From NCBI GenBank assembly GCA_965197475.1, contig CBDANF010000002.1, positions 1,024,001-1,088,000 on the forward strand: 64,000 bases of DNA. Reading direction: 5' to 3'. Position numbers and translations under genes: made by a program. Source of the stretch: Candidatus Poribacteria bacterium (GTDB lineage: Bacteria > Poribacteria > WGA-4E > WGA-3G). Under the pieces are notes generated by a model. It saw nothing but the letters and a program-made list of their open reading frames with translations, did not search any database and was not told the origin of the DNA. This document shows positions 28,177-37,860 of the stretch, one piece after another; positions within the stretch are counted from its first letter, which is position 1, and each line of letters opens with the position of its first letter.

Positions 28177-29685
28177 TTAGTTTAGTGTATACAATTCGCC
28201 ATATTTTGTCCGTAAATAATCAATATAAGGTGCAATCGTCATAGGTTTTTCTGTTGTCCGTTCAATAAGTTCAGGGGCTGTATACTTCGACCCGTGCTGA
28301 TAAACATTGCTTTTCAACCAATCGTGTAAAGTGTTGAATTCACCTTTTTCAATTTCTGATAGAATTTCAGAGTGTGCTTCAAGAGCTGTTGAGAAGAATT
28401 GCGCTCCTAAAATATTGCCTAATGTATATCCTTGGAATGAACCACCGATTAATCCAAAATACCAATGGACATCTTGTAAGACACCATCTTTGTCATCCGG
28501 CGGAACGATGCCGAAATCGGTTTCAAATCTTTCACGCCAAGCGTTAGGTAAATCACGGATTTCCATTTCACCTTCCAGCAATGCTAACTCAAAATCAAAA
28601 CGCAACATTACGTGTAGATTATAGGTAACCTCATCTGCTTCAGTGCGGATAAGCGAACGTTCTACCTTATTAATCGCACGATGGAATGTATCAAGGGGCA
28701 CAGAACCAAGCTGCTCAGGAAAGATGTTTTGCAGCTGTGGATAGAAACATTTCCAGAATCCTTTGCTTCTACCGACAATATTTTCCCAGAGACGCGATTG
28801 GCTTTCATGCACACCAGCAGAGGTGCCGCGGGCAAGTGGTGTGCCTTCATATTCCATGCAGATCCCCTGTTCATAGAGCGCATGACCGGTTTCATGCATT
28901 GTGCAAAACAACGCTTCACCGAGGCTATCTTCTTTTGAACGGGTTGTTATCCGCACATCACCGAGTGAGAATTTTGTCATAAATGGATGGTGCGTTTTAT
29001 CTTGCCTTCCACGATTGAGGTCATAACCAAATTTCTTAGCGACCTCCATACCAAACGCCAACTGTTGTGCTTCTGGATAGTGTTTATGTAAACAGGAATC
29101 GTCAGCAAGGGTTTGAGATGTTATAGCAGAGGCGATAGGGACAAGTTCTTTGCGGAGTTCACCAAAGACATGACTAACATCCGCTGCTTTAATACCATAA
29201 TCTCTCGGTTCTATCAACGGATCTGCGATATGATCATATCCGGGGAAGAAATTAGCGCATTGACGGCTATATTCAAGCGTCTTTTCAAGGTAAGGACGCA
29301 CCCTCTCAAAATCATTCGCTGGACGTGCCTCTGTCCAAACTTGATACGATTCTGAGGTGTGGGTCGCTATCTCTGCCATGAATTTTGCGGGTATTTTAAT
29401 GGCACGTTCATACTTTCTGCGGGTGACGCGAAGCAAACTTGCTTCGTCAGAATCGTAGCCAAGGCATTCTCCATAAGGTGTTAGCACATCAAGTAGTTTT
29501 CCGATAGCAGGGTCAGTAAACTTTTCGTGTGCTAAACGGCTAAGTGTCGCAGTTTGGCGAGCACGTGCGGCAGCACCTCCTGGCGGCATATAGGTGGATT
29601 GATCCCAGTGCAGAAGTCCTGAAGCTGCCTGTATATCATTTACCTCAATTAGACGGGTTTTGAGTTCTTGAAATTTGGCTTGCAA
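28177..29685 (-). CDS. Carboxypeptidase Taq (M32) family
   Basis: WDQSTYMPPGG, HPF, DVRITTR, HETGH, HESQ, IRTEADE, GVLQDVHW; TTG start after GAGGAG. Confidence 0.96.
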   Translation of the reverse strand: MQAKFQELKTRLIEVNDIQAASGLLHWDQSTYMPPGGAAARARQTATLSRLAHEKFTDPAIGKLLDVLTPYGECLGYDSDEASLLRVTRRKYERAIKIPAKFMAEIATHTSESYQVWTEARPANDFERVRPYLEKTLEYSRQCANFFPGYDHIADPLIEPRDYGIKAADVSHVFGELRKELVPIASAITSQTLADDSCLHKHYPEAQQLAFGMEVAKKFGYDLNRGRQDKTHHPFMTKFSLGDVRITTRSKEDSLGEALFCTMHETGHALYEQGICMEYEGTPLARGTSAGVHESQSRLWENIVGRSKGFWKCFYPQLQNIFPEQLGSVPLDTFHRAINKVERSLIRTEADEVTYNLHVMLRFDFELALLEGEMEIRDLPNAWRERFETDFGIVPPDDKDGVLQDVHWYFGLIGGSFQGYTLGNILGAQFFSTALEAHSEILSEIEKGEFNTLHDWLKSNVYQHGSKYTAPELIERTTEKPMTIAPYIDYLRTKYGELYTLN

Positions 29686-29851
29686 TGTAATTCTCCTCAA
29701 AATAAGGCATAGAATAATATGCTTTTAACCTACATTTTATCATAATCTGATTAGGTATTCAAACCAAATTTAGAATTGAAGAGACATTAAGTTTCCAGTT
29801 ATGGAATTCGCTTATAGTAAAATGTGGCAGTGGAAAATCTGTTTTTTGGTA

Positions 29852-30355
29852 CTACTTACGCGTTCGGGAGGGTGTTAGGAACTGGATCGTGGCAAGCCGA
29901 AGGGGTATCCGCAGCTTCCCTTTTTTGAGTATCACCTGTTTCGGTTGGATATCGGCGACAACAGTGTCCTTACCAAGTTTTGTACCGATGGAAACAATAC
30001 GGATAGTTTCCCCTCCTGTAGTTTCTTGTAAAATAGCAGTTGCTTCAATTTCTTTACCTACCGGAATATGGGTGCCAATGAGGCGATAGATAGGTGTAGA
30101 CTTTTTCGGTTTCCATCCGAGGGGCGCGAAAAGATTATTTTCAATAATTGTCTGAAAGAAGAGTGCCTCATGGTCAACAGGTTTCGGTTTAAGGTGTGCG
30201 TACAGTTTTTCATTTTTCTTTACAGATTTTTTATGTTCAATTTTGGGTGCCACGTATACCTTTTTAGGAGTGTGCTTCTGAAATCGTCGCAGCGTGGCGT
30301 GTGCAAGTGCAAGGCAGCAGAGGAGTGCAGTACCAAAGATACAGACGCGTTTCAA
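29852..30355 (-). CDS. Hypothetical exported protein (weak GspC/PilP-like beta domain)
   Basis: Signal peptide; NNLFAPLGW, YRLIGT, VSIG..VADIQPKQVIL. Confidence 0.55.
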   Translation of the reverse strand: MKRVCIFGTALLCCLALAHATLRRFQKHTPKKVYVAPKIEHKKSVKKNEKLYAHLKPKPVDHEALFFQTIIENNLFAPLGWKPKKSTPIYRLIGTHIPVGKEIEATAILQETTGGETIRIVSIGTKLGKDTVVADIQPKQVILKKGKLRIPLRLATIQFLTPSRTRK

Positions 30356-32115
30356 AATGCGTATAATTCTTCTTTTTCTTTCTTTTTTGGGGATTTTGCA
30401 AGATATTTCGGATTCTCTTCTGTATCAGGAGGATAGTGAATCTCCCAGATTTTGACTTTAGCGGAGGTTTCCGTTCCCTCTTCTGGATAGACAGGAACGA
30501 ATGCCTCGCTATGTTCATCTCGAAAAAATAATTTGACAGCGAGACTATTCCAACTGCGCGGAGAGAGGTAATAAATGGCTTCCTGTTGTGTTTTTGAATC
30601 AAATAGGTGGAGGATACCACCATTCTCGTTGTTGGATTCTTCCGCGTGGACATCGGTTTCCGCATGATCGTCATGGGTATGTCCATTAGTTTTGCCAAAG
30701 TGCTTAATATATGGGAGTTTAGCTGTTTTTCCGTTTTTGAGACGTGTGACGACTGTAGCAGGATCGTGATGAAAGTCAATCTCAACAAAGTTGATAGGTG
30801 CATTTTTGTGTGCTGGTACCATGCGGTAGTGAGGGCTCCCAATGGGCGCACGAGGGATCAAAGGCACCATATAAAGCGGATGTTCGGGTTGTTCATCGGG
30901 GCCCATATTTTTTGATGCAATATACCGCACATCCTCTTCGGTGAGAAGCAGATGGGTCACGTGGTGTGTTTTAAGAAATTCAAGTGCTTCGTGTTCAGAT
31001 GCTGCAGCAGAAACATGTTCTTCATATAGGTCTATCCAGTGCACAATGAAATGATCGGGGTCAATGACGGTTTTGACACCGCCAAGAACGTTAAACATGT
31101 GACCATAACTCCAAGGTGCCGCAACGACTTTGCCTGCTGAAAGATGTTCACTAACCCATTGACATGCGTTTGCCATAGGAGTATCTTTGCCGGGGAATAC
31201 ATGCTCGGGTGCTATTTGCGTTTCGTATCCTCTTTTTGCAAGTCCTGGAAATGGTCTGTTACTGGGTAGTTCCCAAAAAAGAATGAGAGCAAGGCAGGCA
31301 CAAGTCATGCCAACCTTTGTCCATGCATGTGTTATGCTTTGCTTCCTTCCATTCCTCCCTTCTTCTTTTTCGTCTTTTTTTATCCTTGCTATGCGTTGGC
31401 TGAACCGTGTTGTGATGAATTGGATACTGATAGCTGCAAAGCAGGCGAGCGGTACCCCAATAAAGAAATCGTATCGCTGTGCATCGCGTGCAAGCCCAAG
31501 CCAGAGGAGCAGCCAAAAAGTAAAAGCGACGTAGGTGTGCTCATGCTGGACGGGCTCAGTGCGAAGCGCGGCTACACCCAACGCAGCAATCAACGTGAAC
31601 GCTACTGCACCGTAGAAAAGGTATTCGCAGATAACTGGTGACAGAATATGGTATAGATATTGTCTTAGAAAGGTTGCAGCGATGAACAGTGAAAGTGTGA
31701 AGGCGAGGATGAGTGCTTTCTTACTCCAAAGTCTAACACAGCCCACGATGAGACATAGACTGGCAATAAGCAGCACGTGCCCATAGCGACCGTACCAGAA
31801 GATATCATGCGGCGATTTTAGTTCGCCTACAGTTTCCATCACAGAGGCACCGCTGAAAGGCACAATGCTTTGCACGAATGTTTGACGCTTGAGTCCGAGG
31901 TAAGCGATGCCGATAAGGAGGCACATCGCGCAAAAAACAAGGGATATGGCACGCGCAGATATCTGTTCCTCTATAAACTTTGAAACTGAATGATGCCCGC
32001 GGGTAAGGAAATATCGAAACGTGCGGAGCAACAGCATGACAAGTGGGGGAAACAGGAGAAAGGCACTCACGTGGCTGGTAAAGCCGCTACCTTGATGATA
32101 CGCAGGTGAAAGAAT
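30352..32115 (-). pseudogene. STT3/AglB-like oligosaccharyltransferase, 5'-truncated at the IS end
   Basis: Many TMs, VMETVGEL, AQRYDFF, VVAAPWSYGH (WWDYG variant), TVIDPDH; the called ATG lies inside the IS terminal repeat. Confidence 0.7.
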
Positions 32116-33053
32116 AGACATTATAACTAATTAGTTGTCCGTTTGGTTAGTCTCTATTATACTTATTACAATCGGACAATAGGAGGCTAACTCATGATAA
32201 GTTTTCAAGAACTAAAGGACAAACCTGATACGCTCCTGTCCCTCACCGGATATACCTTAGAAGATTGGACTGAACTATCACCTTATTTTACTAAATGTTT
32301 TTTAGAGTATGTTCAAACACATACCCTTGCAGGAAAACCGCGCAAAAAACGGAGATATAAACCGTATAAAAATAGTCGTTTTGATACACCTGAAGATATG
32401 TTGCTATTTATACTGATTTACCTTCGTGAAGCACCGAAACAAGTGCTATTCGGTGCGCTCTTTGGCATGTCTCAACCTCTTGCTAATAGATGGATTCACT
32501 TGCTTTTATCGATATTGAACAAAGCATTAGCAGAACTTGGAGAGTTGCCATCTCGGGAAACAGACCCCGCACCTATATGTGCTCCATCAAAAGTATCAAC
32601 TCAAAATCAAGAAGGAGAACATTTTTTTCATGATAGCACCGAACGCCCGATACGACGCCCCAAAGACCCGTCAACTCAAAAGGCGTATTATAGTGGTAAA
32701 AAGAAATGCCATACAGTGAAAAATAATCTGATTATCAATGAGACCTGCAAAGTCGTCCTATTGACACCTTCTTTTGAAGGAAGACACCATGACAAACACA
32801 TAGCCGATACGGTGGGCTATTGTGTGCCACAGGGTAGCACATTGTCCCAAGATACCGGTTTTCAGGGTTTCGTTCTCCCGGATATAAACATCATTCAACC
32901 AAAGAAAAAACCGAGAGGTAGAGAACGGACGAATGAAGAAAAAGAAAACAATAGAAAGATAGCGTCTATACGCATACGCGTTGAACATGCGATTAGTGGT
33001 GTCAAAAGATGCCGCATTGTCAAAGATAAACTCAGGAATTGGAAGAAAGGGTT

Positions 33054-33146
33054 CGCTCATGTAAAAGGTGTGTGCGTTTGTTTTTTATGAAGGCAATGGC
33101 CACACAGAGTAAAAGTTTTCCTTAGCACTCATTCTTTACATGAGCC
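33054..33146 (+). mobile_element. 93-bp MITE, left copy
   Basis: cgctcatgtaaa ... tttacatgagcc; ends match the IS1595 at 2598-3581. Confidence 0.88.
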
Positions 33147-33168
33147 GCCGAACTTTGTGTACTCGTGT

Positions 33169-33939
33169 TCAGTCTAGAACTGTCTTAAGATGTCCCCACG
33201 TTATTGTTAACTTTCCTGTTGCTTCCACTGTCGCTTGAAATTGCGACGTGAGCCCTGCCATTATCTCGGTAAGCTCCGAAGAGTTCAATGCCGTGTTGTA
33301 GATAGCGACCTCATCGAGGGCACCTTTTAACCGTCCGTTCTTACCATCGGGTGCCTCCGCACCGATAAGCAGCGGAGCGTCGGTTATCGCAGGTTTTCCA
33401 GCAGCAGCCCTGGCATTAAATTGATCGCCATCAACGTAAGGGGTTAGATGCTCTTCGTCATACACACCGGCGACGAAGTGCCACTTATCATCGGTGACGT
33501 GTTTGCTGCCCACCTGAAAGTCTTCTCCATCGTTGGGCAACTTAAATCCAAAAGTCATCATGCCGGGACGGATCCACATCGCATAATTTCGATTTGGCCA
33601 ATTTTGTTTGGAAATGATTTTTTGGTATGGATCGACAATCGCAGGGACTTTTATCCATGCCGTTATTGTCCACTGCCTGAGATTCATGATATCCTCATGC
33701 GGCACGATAACATACCCACTATCAAATTCGAGGCCCGTACCAAATTTCCCTTCAGTCCACGCCACCTCACCTACAATTTCACCGTCATGTCCTTTACCTG
33801 ACGCATCTTTGACGATCTTACCGTTTCCTTCATCAAATAGCCATACCCCTACCACCTCAGCTGTGGTACTTTTAGTAAGTAACACCGAAATAGCAAAAAA
33901 GCTCACGAGGAGCATCAAAAACGTTAGTTTCCTTTTCAT
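33169..33939 (-). CDS. Secreted LamG/concanavalin A-like domain protein with C-terminal VEATGKLTITWGHLK motif
   Basis: Signal peptide; WLFDEGNG..DASG, GKFGTGLEF, WHFVAGVYD, GALDEVAIYN. Confidence 0.92.
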   Translation of the reverse strand: MKRKLTFLMLLVSFFAISVLLTKSTTAEVVGVWLFDEGNGKIVKDASGKGHDGEIVGEVAWTEGKFGTGLEFDSGYVIVPHEDIMNLRQWTITAWIKVPAIVDPYQKIISKQNWPNRNYAMWIRPGMMTFGFKLPNDGEDFQVGSKHVTDDKWHFVAGVYDEEHLTPYVDGDQFNARAAAGKPAITDAPLLIGAEAPDGKNGRLKGALDEVAIYNTALNSSELTEIMAGLTSQFQATVEATGKLTITWGHLKTVLD

Positions 33940-34132
33940 GTTTTCTGTTTCTCCTTTTTGTTAGTTTTTACGCAGATGCGTTTGCATTTCTATAGATTTT
34001 TCGGATTTTCAAGGTTTTACCCTCCTTTATCTCCCTGCTTGCAAGGGGAAATTCTTTCTACATCCCACAAGCTAAAACGTGGGGATTTGACGGGAGGGTG
34101 TTAACTCCTGCGTAAGGAGTCATATTAGAAAA

Positions 34133-34205
34133 AGAGGGTATTGGTTAAATAATGATGCGAGAATTAGCGGATACCCTCCAGAACCCGCTGCATCACCTTT
34201 CAACT
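34133..34205 (-). promoter_or_regulatory. Conserved structured 5' leader, copy 1 (candidate cis-regulatory RNA)
   Basis: Near-identical to 57135-57205; pairings GUGAUGC/GCAUCAU, AGCGG/CCGCU, GAGGGUAU/AUACCCUC. Confidence 0.6.
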
Positions 34206-34211
34206 ACAGTT

Positions 34212-34240
34212 ATGATAACACTTATGATTAAAATTGTCAA
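34212..34240 (-). promoter_or_regulatory. Sigma70 promoter driving the leader and LamG gene
   Basis: TTGACA-17 nt-TATCAT with extended TG. Confidence 0.7.
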
Positions 34241-34327
34241 TAAAAAATCAGTCTGATTTTTTATTGACTTCTGCGCCTAAAACTTGTCCCCTCATTGAAA
34301 ACGAACTCGCTGCTATCGGAGGATACC

Positions 34328-34472
34328 ATGAAACATTGTCCAAGATGTCAACACACCCATTTCGTCAAAAACGGATGCGTCAACGCAAAGCAACGCTATA
34401 AATGTCCAAAATGCCAATATCAATGGACACGCACAACACCACGAGGGAAACCACAAGCACATAAAACCCTCA
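34328..34472 (+). pseudogene. IS1-family (InsA-like Zn finger) transposase fragment, cut by the right MITE
   Basis: CPRC..VKNG..KQRYKCPKC. Confidence 0.8.
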
Positions 34473-34565
34473 GGCTCATGTAAAGACTGTGTGCTAATGA
34501 AGATGTCAAACCCACGTGGTGACTGCCTTCGTTAGAAACAATCGCACATACTTTTTACATGAGCG
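34473..34565 (-). mobile_element. 93-bp MITE, right copy (inverted relative to left)
   Basis: Reverse complement aligns along its length with 33054-33146 (tgtgcg.ttgttt, gaaggca, ttagcac, ctttacatgagcc). Confidence 0.88.
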
Positions 34566-34694
34566 AAAGGGTTTTGTGATTTAGTTATGGAAACTTGTTG
34601 TGGTTTACACAACTTCCGACTAAACTTTAGACCCTGGCGTTATGAAACTCCTGTTATTTAAATCATTATAATGTCTAATATGTATCCACCATTG

Positions 34695-34739
34695 CACCTG
34701 GGAGAATACTTGTGCAAGCGACAAGTATTCTCCCAGGTG
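34695..34739. terminator. 19-bp perfect hairpin, terminator-like
   Basis: cacctgggagaatacttgt-gcaagcg-acaagtattctcccaggtg followed by a T-rich tract. Confidence 0.6.
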
Positions 34740-35096
34740 TTATCTTTTTCTGGATTGCTGTATTTACATATCGGTTATTCACTGTTCAATCCCCACCATT
34801 TATCCCAAAATATGATTGCAGTATCTAATTTCTCTTTATCTATCATCAACATTATATGGGTAAACGTAAATATTATATCCTAAGTTTCGGTGAATGTCAA
34901 ATTTTTAAGTATTTTCACAATTTTTTAATTATACACGCGAATTTTGTTTTTGTCAAATTAAATTCTGATAAATTTGACAGTAAGTTTGTCAAAAACCGCG
35001 TAATCTGTGTAATCTGAGATTCAGACAAAAATAACGTGGTATAATTTACAGAATTCATGTAAAATCATAAGATACATCATAAGAAAGGGAACTAAA

Positions 35097-37013
35097 ATGA
35101 AACATTTCTTAACATGTGTCGGACTGCTGTTTATCACCACAGCAGTTTTCGCACAAGGATTAACTATAACATCAACAGATTATCGTGAAGACATGCTTTT
35201 ATCAAAAGAGCCTGTTATAACAGGGTTTGAAGGTTCGTCAACCGTTGTTGAATTTGAGACGTTAATTGATGCACCCGCTGCTATTGCATACTACGGTGTT
35301 CCGCATACGGAAGGCAACTTGACAACACCCCGATATCGTAAAAGTGCCATGGGAATGCACATTGAAGACAACAAAACACGACATCGTATTAAAATGGACA
35401 TCTCTAAACTTGAGGATGTGCATTACGATACAGGTTTGATTGCCGATAATGGTGGCAGCATAGTATACCGTATAGAGATTTTTGATTCACGTATACAAAC
35501 AACACGTGCTTATGACCGGCGTTTGCGCTACAAGCGTGAGGGTGAACCTATGACAGGTACTTACAAATCGCTTGTTACCCTGACGGAAGGACCATTTGTC
35601 GATCTTGTTACGCATGATTCTGCAGTAATTTCTTGGGAAACGGATATCCCTGTGAAAGGAACTGTTTTGTCGCATAATAGGGAATTTTTATCCTTGGATC
35701 CTGCAATCCGACATGAAGTCCGTATTACAAATCTAAAACCTGATACAGTCTATACCTATCAGGTAAATTTCAGCATCTATACGCCATCGTATACTTTCAA
35801 AACAGCACCTGAACCGGGAAAAAGAACCACCTTTAAGTTTGGATTTATGTCAGACTCACGTGCAGGCGTAGGTGGGGGCGAGCGCGCACAGAACGGTGTC
35901 AATGCCAAAGACCTTGGGCGTTTCGCTAATGAGCTCTATAACAAAAAAGCGGATTTTGTCTGTTTCGGTGGCGATCTCATCAACGGTTATACCTCTGATG
36001 TGCAGGATTTTGAATCTCAACTTAAAACATGGAAACGAACAATCCAACCTGTCGGTGCGAATATCCCTTTTTACGAATCCATAGGCAATCATGAGCAGGT
36101 TGGGTCATACTTTAAAGTCGAAGCACCGCATCTCAAGCAAGGCGAATACTACATCCAATTCACAGGCACAGTCGGTGCAGAAAGTGCCGAGGCAATTTTC
36201 GCAAAAGAATTTGTCAATCCTGGCGGAAGCAGTTATGGATTAGGCGTGCCAAAGCCGGAAGCAAAAGGCAGCAGTGATATGGGTGGTGCCGATACAGGAC
36301 CTTCCTATCATGAAAACGTTTACTCGTTCAATTACGGCAGGGTCCATTTCATATCTCTAAACACAAATTATTGGGCAACCGGTTATAGGAATTTAAGCAC
36401 GTTCGCTCAGAAATCGCAGGATAAAACCGCGATAAATCTTGCCCTTAAGCATCTCGGTGGCAACAGGGAAGGATATGTGATGGCAAATCAGATGGAATGG
36501 CTGGCAAATGAATTAGATGCTGCACAAAAAGACTCAAATGTAGATTGGATATTCATTATTCTTCATGAACCTCCCTTCCCGAACGGTGGGCATGTCAAAG
36601 ACGGAATGTATTGGGGAACTCCTGGCGAAGGTGAACTCGGTGGTTACAACAATCCTGATGTGCCGATGGGTGATGTGATTGATATGCGAAACAGATTTTG
36701 GAAAATCGTCTCAAGCAAGTCAAAAGTGTTAGGGGTGCTTTGTGGCGATGAACACAACTACAGTCGAACTTTAATTGATTCATCGGTGAATCCAGATTTC
36801 AAGTTTCCTGTGTGGCAGATTATAAGTGGTGGGTGTGGTGCGCCTTATTACGTTCAAGATAAGTCGGTGCCGTGGGTGGACAAAGTCAAAGCGTTCGCTA
36901 TTGATAAACACTTCTGCCTTTTTTCGGTTGAAGGTAAAAAAATCGGGTTGGAAGTCTATAATGACAGCAGTCAGTTGTTGGACAAAATTGGGAATTTAAC
37001 AACAATTCGGTAG
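35097..37013 (+). CDS. Secreted purple-acid-phosphatase-like metallophosphoesterase with FN3-type domain
   Basis: Signal peptide; HEVRITNLKPDT, SDSR, GGDLING, GNHE, HEPPFP, GDEHNYSR; upstream of the pst operon. Confidence 0.88.
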   Translation: MKHFLTCVGLLFITTAVFAQGLTITSTDYREDMLLSKEPVITGFEGSSTVVEFETLIDAPAAIAYYGVPHTEGNLTTPRYRKSAMGMHIEDNKTRHRIKMDISKLEDVHYDTGLIADNGGSIVYRIEIFDSRIQTTRAYDRRLRYKREGEPMTGTYKSLVTLTEGPFVDLVTHDSAVISWETDIPVKGTVLSHNREFLSLDPAIRHEVRITNLKPDTVYTYQVNFSIYTPSYTFKTAPEPGKRTTFKFGFMSDSRAGVGGGERAQNGVNAKDLGRFANELYNKKADFVCFGGDLINGYTSDVQDFESQLKTWKRTIQPVGANIPFYESIGNHEQVGSYFKVEAPHLKQGEYYIQFTGTVGAESAEAIFAKEFVNPGGSSYGLGVPKPEAKGSSDMGGADTGPSYHENVYSFNYGRVHFISLNTNYWATGYRNLSTFAQKSQDKTAINLALKHLGGNREGYVMANQMEWLANELDAAQKDSNVDWIFIILHEPPFPNGGHVKDGMYWGTPGEGELGGYNNPDVPMGDVIDMRNRFWKIVSSKSKVLGVLCGDEHNYSRTLIDSSVNPDFKFPVWQIISGGCGAPYYVQDKSVPWVDKVKAFAIDKHFCLFSVEGKKIGLEVYNDSSQLLDKIGNLTTIR

Positions 37014-37232
37014 ATACGATTTTTTAGTCTATTTCATAACTCTGATAATGTTAGATGTCTTCCGTTCTTCTTAACCTTAGACTCCGGGACACTCGTATAG
37101 TAGGGCGGGTCGCTGTACCCGCCCTTTGTTTCTTGGCAAGAAATGGTGAGGTGCCAAATCAACCCTCATGCGCGTATGACATTGGGCGAGACGCAGGGGC
37201 CCGCCCTACAAAGGATTTATGAGATATGCTCC

Positions 37233-37732
37233 AGTAATTAGGCTTAACTAACGTGAGTTTGATAATAAGTTCCAATGTAGATGTAGGTTGGATAGAACGC
37301 AGCGAAACCCAACAATTCAACCGTTTCGGTGTCAAAAGAGTTAAGTTTCACGTTGTTCTACCCATAGGTGTCAATTTAGTGTGCTATATGCAAAAAAGAT
37401 GCTGATTTGTGATGAAAGCAGCACCAGCGGTGCGGAATGTGTCCAGAAAACAGCCTCAAACAGTCTCTTGAACCCCGCCAAATGCCATACGCGCATTTGG
37501 CGTTGATTCGCGGGGCAGCATGCTGCATGAGGTGTCTGACAACATGTGCACATATACACCTTTCGCCCCTCTAGGGCATGAGTTTGGTAGGGGTCGCGTC
37601 TCTATACACCTGTCGCCCCTCTGGGGCTTAGATATCCAAAATATAGGTTTATTTCCTTAAGTTGACATCTATGGGTTTCACATTGGTCTACCCAACCTAC
37701 GGCATTTATCTCTAGTAATTAGGCTTAACTAA
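37233..37732. repeat. Nested REP-like repeat island bounded by 19-bp direct repeats
   Basis: agtaattaggcttaactaa at 37233 and 37714; inside gtaggttggataga..ctacccaacctac with inner cccataggtgtcaa..ttgacatctatggg. Confidence 0.75.
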
Positions 37733-37860
37733 ATAAACTAAAAATTTGCCTCATACTCGGAATTGAGATATGACATAATCTATTCTCAGTTTTGTCTAAT
37801 TTTCGTAACATTTGAGTGCTATAATTATAATATAGGATAGCATTGAACAAATGAGGTAAA

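Larger units (their letters stand above)
33054..34565. mobile_element. Composite transposon bounded by two inverted IS1595-type MITEs
   Basis: Exact 8-bp duplication AAAGGGTT at 33046-33053 and 34566-34573; outer ends CGCTCATGTAAAA / TTTTACATGAGCG. Confidence 0.9.
32194..34661 (+). pseudogene. DDE transposase split into 32194-33053 and 34566-34661
   Basis: DSTERPIRRP, YYSGKKKCHT, QDTGFQG, RVEHAISGVKR..RNWKKG, continuing FCDLVMETCCGLHNFRL* after the insertion. Confidence 0.9.
32116..34676 (+). mobile_element. IS5-family (ISL2-like, HTH + DDE_Tnp_4) element interrupted by a composite MITE transposon
   Basis: TIRs agacattataa / ttataatgtct, AAT on both flanks; transposase resumes after the insertion. 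Confidence 0.85.

Noticed and set aside
34133-34205. Assignment of the leader to a known riboswitch or ribozyme class
   Set aside because: Could not match the conserved cores of fluoride, ZTP, preQ1, SAM-II or pistol motifs by eye; left unnamed
34677-34760. 5' continuation of the STT3-like gene beyond the IS
   Set aside because: The in-frame reading hits a stop within about 20 codons and crosses a perfect hairpin
34890-35000. Pho boxes upstream of the phosphatase (tgtcaa repeats)
   Set aside because: Repeats are not at the 11-bp direct-repeat spacing, so not supportable
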